A stretch of DNA of 64,000 bases from a bacterium. GTDB taxonomy: Bacteria; SZUA-79; Acidulodesulfobacterales; Acidulodesulfobacteraceae. The first letter of the stretch is position 1; each line of letters starts with the position of its first letter. Below the pieces are notes generated by a model. That model ran no database searches. It saw only the letters and a list, made by a program, of their open reading frames with translations, and was not told the origin of the DNA. This document shows positions 28,601-37,648 of this stretch, one piece after another. The DNA is taken from assembly GCA_021795355.1 (NCBI GenBank), contig JAJYPL010000004.1, positions 1,467 to 65,466 of the forward strand, given 5' to 3'. Made by a program: the position numbers and the translations under genes.

Positions 28601-28631
28601 TAATCAAGCGGCTTTTTAAGCCGCTTGATTA
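28601..28631 (+). terminator. strong hairpin after dsrC
   Basis: taatcaagcggctt / aagccgcttgatta 14-bp arms with a 3-nt loop. Weak T-tract. Confidence 0.5.
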
Positions 28632-28688
28632 TTATATGAACATAATGTAAAAACAAAAATAAAATTATTTATTCAGGGGGGAGTAAAT

Positions 28689-29450
28689 ATGGAACCTCTT
28701 ACCGTTACAACTTATATATATTTATTAATTACATATTCAGTCGGATTAGTTTTTGCCATAGGCGTTATTTTGAGAATATATCAATATGCAACTACGCCGC
28801 AGCCTATTAAAATAATGCTGACTCCGGCGCCTCTTACGAAAAGCGGCGCATTCGCGAGAGTTCTCGGAGAGGTATTTTTCTTTAAAAGCCTCTTTAAATC
28901 CAATAAGCCTACATGGGTATTCGGATACCTGTTTCATATTTCGTTTTTTCTTTTAATAGCCATGCATTTTGCGCGCCATTTTGTTTACACTAATCCTTTG
29001 CCTTCCTGGTACAACTATTTCGTATTGGCGGGGATAGTATGCGGAATAATTATGGTTTTATCTCTTTTTTTACTTCTCATGAGAAGGGTGGTCGTTGAAA
29101 GAGTCAAATTTATATCTCTGTTTCAAGACTATTTGATATTAATTTTATTGATGCTTATAGGCATAGCCGGTCTGTCTTTGAATTTTGTATTAACGCCAAG
29201 CGCATTGACCGTAGTAGATAAACAGCTGGATCCGTATATAAACGGTCTTTTGACGTTTCAATTCACTAATATACCGTCAAATCCGTTATTTTTGATGCAC
29301 TATACTCTGGTAATGCTTCTTATTCTATATATACCGTTCAGCAAAGTAATGCATTTCGTAGGAATATTCTTTTCTCCGACAAGAAATATGGCGGATAATC
29401 CTATAGAAGAAAGGTATTATCGTCCTAATGCAAAGGATCTTTCAATATAG
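28689..29450 (+). CDS. dsrM: DsrM, NarI-like membrane di-heme cytochrome b
   Basis: Five or six TM helices with conserved His residues (FHISFF, MHFARH, MHY, MHFVG). Immediately upstream of dsrK. Confidence 0.8.
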   Translation: MEPLTVTTYIYLLITYSVGLVFAIGVILRIYQYATTPQPIKIMLTPAPLTKSGAFARVLGEVFFFKSLFKSNKPTWVFGYLFHISFFLLIAMHFARHFVYTNPLPSWYNYFVLAGIVCGIIMVLSLFLLLMRRVVVERVKFISLFQDYLILILLMLIGIAGLSLNFVLTPSALTVVDKQLDPYINGLLTFQFTNIPSNPLFLMHYTLVMLLILYIPFSKVMHFVGIFFSPTRNMADNPIEERYYRPNAKDLSI

Positions 29451-29573
29451 AGGTGTGCGATATAAGCATGCAAAACCGATTTAAATTTATAGTCTAACTA
29501 CTATATAAAATATAAATAATAAATAACCTGCAATTTTGATTCTTCATAAGGATTAATCGGAGGTATGTACAGT

Positions 29574-31061
29574 ATGGCTAAGCCGAAAAGTAAATATAAA
29601 GTACCGGTATTGGACGGAAAGATTTCAATACCGAAAATAGTTCCCGGAGCATCGTCGTATGAACATATGATAGAAGCTCAAAAAGAAGATATGGAAGCGC
29701 TTGGTTTTCCGGCTAAATTGCAAGACGGATGGAAGGATAAAGCGCTTGGAGTATTTAAGCAGATTTTAGACCATAATAAAGCAGTAAGGGATTATATGGA
29801 TATATGCGTCAGGTGCGGCGCATGTACCGATAAATGCCAGTTTTTCCTCGGTACGTCCGACCCGAATAATATGCCCGTACAAAGGCAGGAATTGATGAGG
29901 AAGGTTTACAGATATTATTTTACTCCGTCGGGATTTTTTAAAAGCCTTTCTAACTCGCAGGAACTGACGGAAGAAGTATTAAAAGAATGGTACACTTATT
30001 TCTGGCAGTGTTCGGAGTGCAGAAGATGTTCTCTGTACTGTCCTTACGGCATAGATACCGCAGAAATAACTATGGCGGCAAGACAGATTATGGATTCAAT
30101 AGGTCTCGGCCAAAAATACACGACAGAAGTTATTCACAAGGTTTTCGTGACCGGAAATAATATAGGAATCCCTCCTGCAGCTCTAAGAAATACGCTTGAC
30201 GACTTAGAAGAAGAAATAGAAGAAGAAGGCGGAAAGGGCGTAAAAATTCCAATGGACGTAGAGGGAGCGGAAGTCTTGCTTGTCCCTCCGTCGGCCGATT
30301 TTTTTGCTATGCCCCATATGGAATCCCTGAAAGGATACGCAAAAGTGTTTCATAAAGCCGGTATAAGCTATACGGTTTCATCATATGCGTCCGAAGCCGG
30401 TAATTTCGGTAAGTTTATAGGAAGCTATCAAAACACAAAAGAAATAAATAAAAGGATATGGGATGAAGCAAGAAGGCTTAAAGTAAAGAGAGTTATTATA
30501 GGAGAGTGCGGACATGCATGGAGAGCGGCCTATATGTACTCGAATACCATGAATGGACCTTTCGATTTTCTCGATTCGAAATATAAACAGCCTACCCATA
30601 TATGCGAATTCACCTTAGGTCTTGTAAAAGACGGAGTTATCAAGCTCGATCCAACGGCAAACGACGATAAAATCGTTACGTTCCACGATTCCTGCAACGT
30701 AGCGAGAGGTTCCAGAATAGGCGACGTTGTAGGCGGCCAATTTACGATACCGAGAGAATTGATAAAAGCCGCCGCAAATAAATTTGTAGAATTAAGGGAA
30801 GGAACTACGAAAGAAAGCACTTTTTGCTGCGGCGCAGGCGGCGGACTGCTGACCGAAGAAGTCATGAACGTGAGGCTTGCAGGTTCAATGCCGAGAATGC
30901 AGACGGTTAAAGAAGCCGTAGATAATCACGGTGTAAATTTTTATGCCTTGATTTGCGCAATATGCAAGACCCAGTTTTCTAAGGTATTCCCGTTGTACGG
31001 CTTAGATGCCGAAATGGTGGGCGGTATTCATCAGTTAGTCAGCAATGCTATAATAATGTAA
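29574..31061 (+). CDS. dsrK: DsrK, HdrD-like iron-sulfur protein with CCG domains
   Basis: CVRCGACTDKC and CSECRRCSLYCP ferredoxin motifs. CCG-type motifs (FHDSCN, TFCCGAGGG). Start taken at the second ATG, 10 nt from GGAGG; the track start is 29565. Confidence 0.85.
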   Translation: MAKPKSKYKVPVLDGKISIPKIVPGASSYEHMIEAQKEDMEALGFPAKLQDGWKDKALGVFKQILDHNKAVRDYMDICVRCGACTDKCQFFLGTSDPNNMPVQRQELMRKVYRYYFTPSGFFKSLSNSQELTEEVLKEWYTYFWQCSECRRCSLYCPYGIDTAEITMAARQIMDSIGLGQKYTTEVIHKVFVTGNNIGIPPAALRNTLDDLEEEIEEEGGKGVKIPMDVEGAEVLLVPPSADFFAMPHMESLKGYAKVFHKAGISYTVSSYASEAGNFGKFIGSYQNTKEINKRIWDEARRLKVKRVIIGECGHAWRAAYMYSNTMNGPFDFLDSKYKQPTHICEFTLGLVKDGVIKLDPTANDDKIVTFHDSCNVARGSRIGDVVGGQFTIPRELIKAAANKFVELREGTTKESTFCCGAGGGLLTEEVMNVRLAGSMPRMQTVKEAVDNHGVNFYALICAICKTQFSKVFPLYGLDAEMVGGIHQLVSNAIIM

Positions 31062-31069
31062 AAAAATAC

Positions 31070-31193
31070 GGAATTATGCACTTGACAAAGCAATACTTGG
31101 TATTTGTCATACAATAACTATGGGATTGGCGAGCTTCGCTGGACTTAGTCCGCTAACTACGAAGCAATATCACTTTGTCAAGTGCATAATTCC
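31070..31193. mobile_element. 124-bp MITE-like element with perfect 21-bp terminal inverted repeats, copy 1
   Basis: GGAATTATGCACTTGACAAAG (31070-31090) and its exact reverse complement (31173-31193). The second copy at 57677-57798 is in the inverse orientation. Confidence 0.55.
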
Positions 31194-31227
31194 TAAATAA
31201 TAAATTAAATTATTAATGGAGGAACTA

Positions 31228-31578
31228 ATGAAATTAGGCATTCTTATTAAAGAAGGCCCTTATATGCATCAGGCTATGGACACGGCCTATAATTTTATAT
31301 TAGCGGCTATGGAAAGCGGACATGAAATAACGGGCATATTTTTTTATAACGACGGAGTTTATAACAGATGTGCAACGCTTGAACCTCCAAGAGACGAAAG
31401 GAATATCATGAAACTCCTTACGGAATTAGAATTGAAAGGAGTCAGATTAATAGTCTGCGTTGCGGCTGGGAAAAGAAGAGGCATAGTAAATCAGACGGTA
31501 TGCAAAGTGGAAGAAATATCGGGACTTGGACAACTGCTCGAACTCTGCATAACATCCGACAGAACTATAACTTTTTAA
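31228..31578 (+). CDS. dsrE: DsrE sulfurtransferase subunit
   Basis: EGPYMHQAMDTAYNF, FFYNDGV, VCVAAGKRRGI and ISGLGQL align closely with Allochromatium DsrE. Start at the ATG 5 nt after GGAGG. Confidence 0.9.
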   Translation: MKLGILIKEGPYMHQAMDTAYNFILAAMESGHEITGIFFYNDGVYNRCATLEPPRDERNIMKLLTELELKGVRLIVCVAAGKRRGIVNQTVCKVEEISGLGQLLELCITSDRTITF

Positions 31579-31616
31579 TAAAATATAATAAAAATACTGA
31601 ATAAAGGAGCCATAAG

Positions 31617-31991
31617 ATGTCTGAACAAGAAAAAACTAAAGTTATGTTTGTATGCAGAACCGCTCCGTACGGAACCATATACGAACAGGAAGCTATAGAA
31701 GCTATGGTTATGTTCGGCGCATACGAACAGGATATCAGCGTAACATTTACGGGAGACGGAGTATTTTCGCTGAAAAAAGGACAGGATACTTCATTGCTGG
31801 GAAAGAAAAATTTTTCCATGACCTATCCTATATTAATAGACGACTTTGAAATTTCGCATATATACGTCGAAAAAGAGTCTCTCGAAGAAAGAGGTTTGAC
31901 GGAAGACGATTTAGCGACGGAAGTAGAAATAATAGATAGAAATTCTTTAAAACAAAAGATGGGAGAAATGAAAGCTTTACTTCCGTTTTAA
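31617..31991 (+). CDS. dsrF: DsrF
   Basis: APYGTIYEQEAIE, GDGVFSL.KGQDT, KNFS.TY and LEERGLTEDDL match DsrF/TusC. Confidence 0.9.
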   Translation: MSEQEKTKVMFVCRTAPYGTIYEQEAIEAMVMFGAYEQDISVTFTGDGVFSLKKGQDTSLLGKKNFSMTYPILIDDFEISHIYVEKESLEERGLTEDDLATEVEIIDRNSLKQKMGEMKALLPF

Positions 31992-32043
31992 ATAATAAAA
32001 ACCTAAATTTATTAAAGATTAATAATTAAGGAGGAAATTAAAA

Positions 32044-32343
32044 GTGCTGCACATAGTAAAAAAATCTCCATATGAATCTTCCGCATTCAGCGACGCAATA
32101 AACTATATGGAACAAAACGATATAATGCTTTTAACCGAAGACGGCATATATGCCGCAAAAAAGGGCGGAAAATTTGAAGGAGCGTTAAAAAGCCTTATGC
32201 AAAAAAATGCCGTTTTCTGTCTTATAGCCGACGTAAAAGCAAGAGGCATTCAGGAAAGCGAAATAATAGAAAACGTAAAAGTAATAGACTATAAAGGCTT
32301 TGTAGAAAAAGTAGTTGAACATAATCCTATGACGTGGTCGTAA
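32044..32343 (+). CDS. dsrH: DsrH
   Basis: GTG start. LHIVKKSPYES, EDGIYAA, DVKARGI and IDYKGFV match DsrH/TusB. Confidence 0.85.
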   Translation: MLHIVKKSPYESSAFSDAINYMEQNDIMLLTEDGIYAAKKGGKFEGALKSLMQKNAVFCLIADVKARGIQESEIIENVKVIDYKGFVEKVVEHNPMTWS

Positions 32344-32432
32344 TTTAAAAAGTATAAAAATAATTGTTGACTTTTTAAACAAATAATATTAAATATATAG
32401 AAATAATTTTAAAAATATATACGGAGTAAAAT

Positions 32433-33656
32433 ATGGCCTTAGTAAATCCGCACGGTAAAGAGAAAAAGTTAAAACCTCTGCTTTTGTCGGGAAGCGAACT
32501 TAGCTCCGCAAAAGAAAAAGCGAAAAACCTTAAGAAATTGCCTATGACCTCAAGAGAAACATCCGACCTTATAATGATGGGCATAGGAGCATTTACGCCT
32601 CTTGAAGGCTTTATGGGAAAGAAAGACTGGCAGGGCGTAGTGGACAACTATACTATGGAAGACGGAACATTCTGGCCTATACCGATTACCCTTTCCGCCG
32701 CAAAAGAATTATCCGACGAAATTAAAATCGGAGAGGAAGTTGCGCTTGTCGATTTTGAGACCTCTGAAATTATAGGAATAATTACCGTATCCGAAAAATA
32801 TTCTATAGACAAGGCATATGAGTGCCAAAAAATATTTAAAACGACCGATATGGAACATCCCGGAGTTCAAAAAGTTATGGCACAGGGAGACATAAATATT
32901 GCCGGAAAAGTAAAAGTATTAAGCGAAAGCTATTATCCGGCAGAATTTAAAGATATATATATGCGTCCTGCAGAAGTCAGGAAATTGTTTGAGGAAAAAG
33001 GATGGAATACCGTAGCGGCATTTCAGACGAGAAACCCTATGCACCGCTCGCACGAATATCTTGCAAAAGTTGCGGTTGAAACCACGGACGGAGTGCTTAT
33101 ACACCAGTTAGTCGGAAAGTTAAAACCCGGAGATATTCCTGCGAACGTTCGAGCGGTAGCAATCAATACATTAATAGATAAATATTTCGTTAAAAACACC
33201 GTAGTTCAAGCAGGTTATCCTATGGAAATGAGATATGCCGGACCAAGGGAAGCCCTGCTTCATGCAGTGTTCAGGCAGAATTACGGATGCTCCCATCTTA
33301 TCGTCGGAAGAGATCACGCCGGAGTCGGCGACTATTACGGTCCGTTCGATGCGCACAAGATATTCGACGAAATTCCCAAAAATGCGCTTGAGTTAAAACC
33401 GTTAAAAATGGACCTTACGTTTTACTGCCATAAATGCGACGGCATGGCTTCGACGAGAACATGTCCCCACCCGAAGGAAGACAGGCTTACGCTTAGCGGA
33501 ACTATGCTAAGAAAATTATTATCCGAAGGACAGGAAGTTCCGGACCATTTTTCCAGACCGGAAGTTTTATCTATACTGAAAGATTACTATGCATCTCTTG
33601 CAAAAGAAGATAAGGTAGAAATTAAGCTTCATAAAGCGGCAAAAGGAGAAATTTAA
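32433..33656 (+). CDS. sat: sulfate adenylyltransferase (ATP sulfurylase)
   Basis: [13 protein letters not shown] and GRDHAGVG signatures. C-terminal zinc-ribbon-like CHKCDG...CPH. Confidence 0.95.
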   Translation: MALVNPHGKEKKLKPLLLSGSELSSAKEKAKNLKKLPMTSRETSDLIMMGIGAFTPLEGFMGKKDWQGVVDNYTMEDGTFWPIPITLSAAKELSDEIKIGEEVALVDFETSEIIGIITVSEKYSIDKAYECQKIFKTTDMEHPGVQKVMAQGDINIAGKVKVLSESYYPAEFKDIYMRPAEVRKLFEEKGWNTVAAFQTRNPMHRSHEYLAKVAVETTDGVLIHQLVGKLKPGDIPANVRAVAINTLIDKYFVKNTVVQAGYPMEMRYAGPREALLHAVFRQNYGCSHLIVGRDHAGVGDYYGPFDAHKIFDEIPKNALELKPLKMDLTFYCHKCDGMASTRTCPHPKEDRLTLSGTMLRKLLSEGQEVPDHFSRPEVLSILKDYYASLAKEDKVEIKLHKAAKGEI

Positions 33657-33747
33657 TTCAGTTATAATTTTATATTGCCGGCTTGATATAAAGCGGCAGT
33701 ATATATTCTTATAAAAAAACAAAATATAAAATTAAGGAGGTATGGAA

Positions 33748-34182
33748 ATGCCAAGTTTTGTAATTACGGAAAAGTGCGACGGATGTAAAGGCAGAGATAA
33801 GACGGCCTGCCAGTATATTTGTCCGAACGACCTTATGGTATTAAATAAGGACATTATGAAGGCTTATAATCAGGAGCCCGACCAGTGCTGGGAGTGCTAC
33901 AGCTGCGTTAAAATTTGTCCTCAGTCTGCAATCGAAGTGAGAGCTTATCAGGATTTTGCCCCGCTGGGCGCATCGGTTATTCCTATGAGAGGTTCCGATT
34001 CAATTATGTGGACGGTAAAATTCAGAAACGGAAAAATTAAAAGGTTTAAATTCCCGATAAGAACTACTCCGGAAGGCGGTATCGATCCGTATCAGGGAAT
34101 AGCCGAGGTAAACCAGGGCAGCCTGAAAGACGAGCGTCTGTGCGACGAACTCGGAGTTGAACTTACGGCTCCTAAGAAATAA
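33748..34182 (+). CDS. aprB: adenylylsulfate (APS) reductase beta subunit
   Basis: MPSFVITEKCDGCKG...CQYICP and CWECYSCVKICP ferredoxin clusters. Precedes aprA. Start at the ATG 7 nt after GGAGG. Confidence 0.9.
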   Translation: MPSFVITEKCDGCKGRDKTACQYICPNDLMVLNKDIMKAYNQEPDQCWECYSCVKICPQSAIEVRAYQDFAPLGASVIPMRGSDSIMWTVKFRNGKIKRFKFPIRTTPEGGIDPYQGIAEVNQGSLKDERLCDELGVELTAPKK

Positions 34183-34246
34183 AGAATTAAAAGACTTTTA
34201 TTTATTTATAATTAAAATAATTTATAATTTGCGAGGATAAATTGAT

Positions 34247-36172
34247 ATGGCTGAAATGAAAGGTTCAATGACTAGCACCGAAGTTTTGAACAATTATACC
34301 ATAGAAGAAATCAGCACCGACGTCTTAATCGTCGGCGGCGGTATGGTTGGTTGCGGAGCCGCATTCGAAATCAAAAAATGGGCGCCGAAAGATATGAAAA
34401 TAACTTTGATAGAAAAAGCTTCCATAGAAAGAAGCGGCGCCGTTGCAATGGGATTATCCGCTATTAATACGTATCTTGGAGACAATACTCCGGAAGATTA
34501 CGTTAAACACGTTGCTAACGACCTTATGGGTATAGTTAGGGAAGACCTTATATACGATACCGGAAGGCACGTCGATTCTACCGTAAGGCTTTTTGAAAAA
34601 TTCGGACTTCCTATATTTAAAGAAGACGAAGACGATTCAAGAACGATTGCCGAGGGAGCAAAACCGTTAAGAGCAGGAAGATGGCAGATAATGATTCACG
34701 GCGAGTCTTATAAAGTACTTGTTGCCGAAGCGGCAAGAAAAGCTTTAGGCGAAGAAAACATCAAGGAAAGAGTCTTTATTACCGAACTTCTTATGGACGA
34801 AAAGCACGAAAACAGGGTTGCCGGAGCAATCGGTTTCAGCTTAAGAGAAGCAAAAATATATATCATTAAAGCAAAAGCGGTAATCATGGCTTGCGGCGGA
34901 ACGGTTAACGTTTTCAGGCCGAGATCCCAGGCTGAAGGTATGGGAAGAACATGGTATGCAATATGGAATGCCGGTTCTACCTATGCTATGGGTTATCAGG
35001 CCGGCGCAGAAATGACCACTATGGAAAACAGATTCGTTCCGAACAGATTTAAAGACGGATACGGACCCGTAGGCGCATGGTTTACTCTCTTCAAATCCAG
35101 AGTTTTAAATGCTCACGGTGAAGATTATATGCAGAAATGGGGACACATGCTTCAGGATTATGCTCCTTACGGACTTGCGAAAGTTCCCGCCACTTGCTTA
35201 TGGAACCACGTTATGCTTAAAGACTGGATGGAAGGAAACGGTCCTTTCTATATGAATACGTCCGGCGCTATGAAAACGCTTTTTGAAACTCTTCCCGAAA
35301 AGAGAAAAAAATCGCTTGAAGCCGATGCTTGGGAAGATTTCCTTGATATGACGGTTGCGCAGGCGGGATTATGGGCGTCGATGGATATAGATCCTGGTGA
35401 AACAAACTCCGAAGTTATGCCGACCGAACCTTATTTCTTAGGTTCGCATTCGGGCGCTTGCGGAATGTGGGTTTCGGGACCGGAAGATTTAGCTCCGAAG
35501 GAATATCAGTGGGGCTATAACCGTATGACGACAGTTAACGGACTATTCACAGGCGGCGACGGCGTAGGAGCATCCGGACACAAATTCTCTTCCGGCTCAT
35601 ACGTAGAAGGAAGAATTGCGGCAAAATCCGCAGTCAGGTTTATACTTGACGATCCGGGATTTACGCCTACGGTTCATACCGACAACAAAGTCCTTGCGGA
35701 AAAAGTGTACGGACCTATGATAACCTTTGAAAAATTCAAAGACTATTCCACAGAGTCAAACGTAAATCCTAACTATATAAAACCGAGGCTCTATCTGTTC
35801 AGGTTGAATAAACTTATGGACGAATACGTCGCCGGAACTTCGACTTTCTACAGGACAAGCGAAGCCAGCCTTTTAAGAGGATTGGATCTTTTAAACAGAT
35901 TGAAAGAGGATGCGCCTAAACTTGCGGCCGCCAATCTCCATGAACTTATGAGAGCATGGGAAAATTACCACAGGTCTATAGTCGGCGAACTTCACTTAAG
36001 GCATGTACTGTTCAGAGAAGAAACAAGATATCCGGGCTTCTATTACAGAACCGACCATCCCAAACTCGACGAGCAGAACTGGAAGGTTTTTGTGAATTCT
36101 AAATTAAATAAAACAACGGGACAGCCGGAATTGTTTAAAAAGCCTTATATTGAAATCGTTCCGAAAAATTAG
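34247..36172 (+). CDS. aprA: adenylylsulfate (APS) reductase alpha subunit
   Basis: FAD fold VGGGMVGCGAA. Length of 641 aa and motifs typical of AprA (fumarate-reductase-like flavoprotein). Confidence 0.95.
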   Translation: MAEMKGSMTSTEVLNNYTIEEISTDVLIVGGGMVGCGAAFEIKKWAPKDMKITLIEKASIERSGAVAMGLSAINTYLGDNTPEDYVKHVANDLMGIVREDLIYDTGRHVDSTVRLFEKFGLPIFKEDEDDSRTIAEGAKPLRAGRWQIMIHGESYKVLVAEAARKALGEENIKERVFITELLMDEKHENRVAGAIGFSLREAKIYIIKAKAVIMACGGTVNVFRPRSQAEGMGRTWYAIWNAGSTYAMGYQAGAEMTTMENRFVPNRFKDGYGPVGAWFTLFKSRVLNAHGEDYMQKWGHMLQDYAPYGLAKVPATCLWNHVMLKDWMEGNGPFYMNTSGAMKTLFETLPEKRKKSLEADAWEDFLDMTVAQAGLWASMDIDPGETNSEVMPTEPYFLGSHSGACGMWVSGPEDLAPKEYQWGYNRMTTVNGLFTGGDGVGASGHKFSSGSYVEGRIAAKSAVRFILDDPGFTPTVHTDNKVLAEKVYGPMITFEKFKDYSTESNVNPNYIKPRLYLFRLNKLMDEYVAGTSTFYRTSEASLLRGLDLLNRLKEDAPKLAAANLHELMRAWENYHRSIVGELHLRHVLFREETRYPGFYYRTDHPKLDEQNWKVFVNSKLNKTTGQPELFKKPYIEIVPKN

Positions 36173-36219
36173 TAAATAAACTTAATATATTGTAAAAATA
36201 ATTTATAAAATTAAGTCTA

Positions 36220-36250
36220 TCCCCTTCTCTAGATAGAGAAGGGGATTTTA
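36220..36250 (+). terminator. rho-independent terminator after aprA
   Basis: tccccttctct / agagaagggga 11-bp stem with a 4-nt loop, followed by tttta. Confidence 0.6.
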
Positions 36251-36323
36251 ATATGTATAAAGTCTTTATATATTTTTTATATTATATTTAAATAAATAAA
36301 AACTTAGCAATGGAGATTTAAAG

Positions 36324-37622
36324 TTGAGCGAGCTAAATAATGAAAATGCCGTGCTAATAATCGGCGGCGGGCACAGCGGGGTATCTGCCGCATTAGAAAT
36401 CACCGAGGCGGTCGATAAAAAAGTATATATAGTAGAAAAAAAATCGTATATCGGCGGCAGGGTTCTCCAGATGTATAAGTATTTTCCAAAATTATGCCCC
36501 CCATTCTGCGGCTTTGAAATCAATACGAAAAGAATAAAGTCGTCCGCCGAAGGAAATATAAATTTTTTAGTTTCTTCAAGCGTCGAAGAAATCACGAAAG
36601 CAAAAGAAGGATCAGGATATAAAGTAAAAATTAAACAAAAACCGCAATATATCAACGATAACTGTACCGTATGCGGAGAATGCGCTAAGGTTTGCCCCGA
36701 AGAAAGACCTAACGATTTCAATTACGGCATGGATAATACTAAAGCTATATTTATGCCTGCAATATCTTCGTTTCCCCTTAAATACAGCGTAGATGATAAA
36801 TACTGCAAGTTTTCTGCATGTAAAAAATGCGAAGAAGCGTGCAGATACAGTGCAATTAACTTGGATGCAAAAGAGAATATTATAGAATTAACGGTATCAG
36901 ATATCATATTTGCTACGGGCTGGAAGCCCTATGAAGTAGAAAAATTAGAAAACCTGGGATACGGCAAATATAAAAACGTTATTACCAACGTAAAAATGGA
37001 GAGGCTTGCCGCAGAAAACGGTCCTACAGGCGGAAAAATTTTAAGGCCGTCCGACGGAAAAGAAGTTAAAAACGTAGCATTTATTCAGTGCGCCGGCTCC
37101 AGAAACGAAAACCATCTGCCATACTGTTCCGCGATTTGCTGTATGGCATCCTTGAAGCAGGCGATGTATTTGAGGGAAAAAAATCCCGAATCCTCGCCGG
37201 TCATATTTTATATAGATTTAAGAACGCCGGGCAGATATGAAAATTTTTTAAATAAAGCTCAAAGCGACGAAAAAATAAAATTCAATAAAGGAATAGTCGG
37301 CAAAATATCCGAAGACCGTGAAACGGGAGATCTGCTTTTAGACGTCGAAGATATGCTTTCCGGCAAAAAAAATAAGGTCAGGGCGGAAATGGTGGTTCTT
37401 GCCGCAGGAATGGCGTCAAACATTAAAGACGACCTTAAAGAAATTAAAATAGACGAAGAAATTAAAATAGATATCGACGAAAACGGATTTATATTTAACG
37501 ATAATTTTAAAGAAGGAATATTTTCGGCAGGCGTTGCAAGGTTTCCTTTGGACGTTTATATGTCCGGACAATCTGCGACTTCAGCAGCATTATCGGTAAT
37601 TCAGCATAACGCGAAACTATAA
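36324..37622 (+). CDS. qmoA: QmoA (HdrA-like flavoprotein)
   Basis: IIGGGHSGVSAA FAD fold, CTVCGECAKVCP, and CSAICC typical of the HdrA/Qmo family. TTG start. Follows aprBA. Confidence 0.85.
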   Translation: MSELNNENAVLIIGGGHSGVSAALEITEAVDKKVYIVEKKSYIGGRVLQMYKYFPKLCPPFCGFEINTKRIKSSAEGNINFLVSSSVEEITKAKEGSGYKVKIKQKPQYINDNCTVCGECAKVCPEERPNDFNYGMDNTKAIFMPAISSFPLKYSVDDKYCKFSACKKCEEACRYSAINLDAKENIIELTVSDIIFATGWKPYEVEKLENLGYGKYKNVITNVKMERLAAENGPTGGKILRPSDGKEVKNVAFIQCAGSRNENHLPYCSAICCMASLKQAMYLREKNPESSPVIFYIDLRTPGRYENFLNKAQSDEKIKFNKGIVGKISEDRETGDLLLDVEDMLSGKKNKVRAEMVVLAAGMASNIKDDLKEIKIDEEIKIDIDENGFIFNDNFKEGIFSAGVARFPLDVYMSGQSATSAALSVIQHNAKL

Positions 37623-37648
37623 AAGATATTATTTAGGAAGGAGTTAAA

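Noticed and set aside
32344-32432. Internal promoter upstream of sat (TTGACT at 32367-32372).
   Set aside because: No acceptable -10 hexamer lies at 16-18 nt spacing. The evidence is too weak to list as a feature.
36266-36721. 151-aa minus-strand ORF opposite the qmoA 5' region. Many similar antisense or alternate-frame ORFs occur within lon, dsrB, aprA, hppA, the CNNM genes, icd and cfiA.
   Set aside because: These ORFs are fully embedded in strongly supported genes on the other strand or frame. They have no motifs and show skewed composition. They are treated as shadow ORFs.
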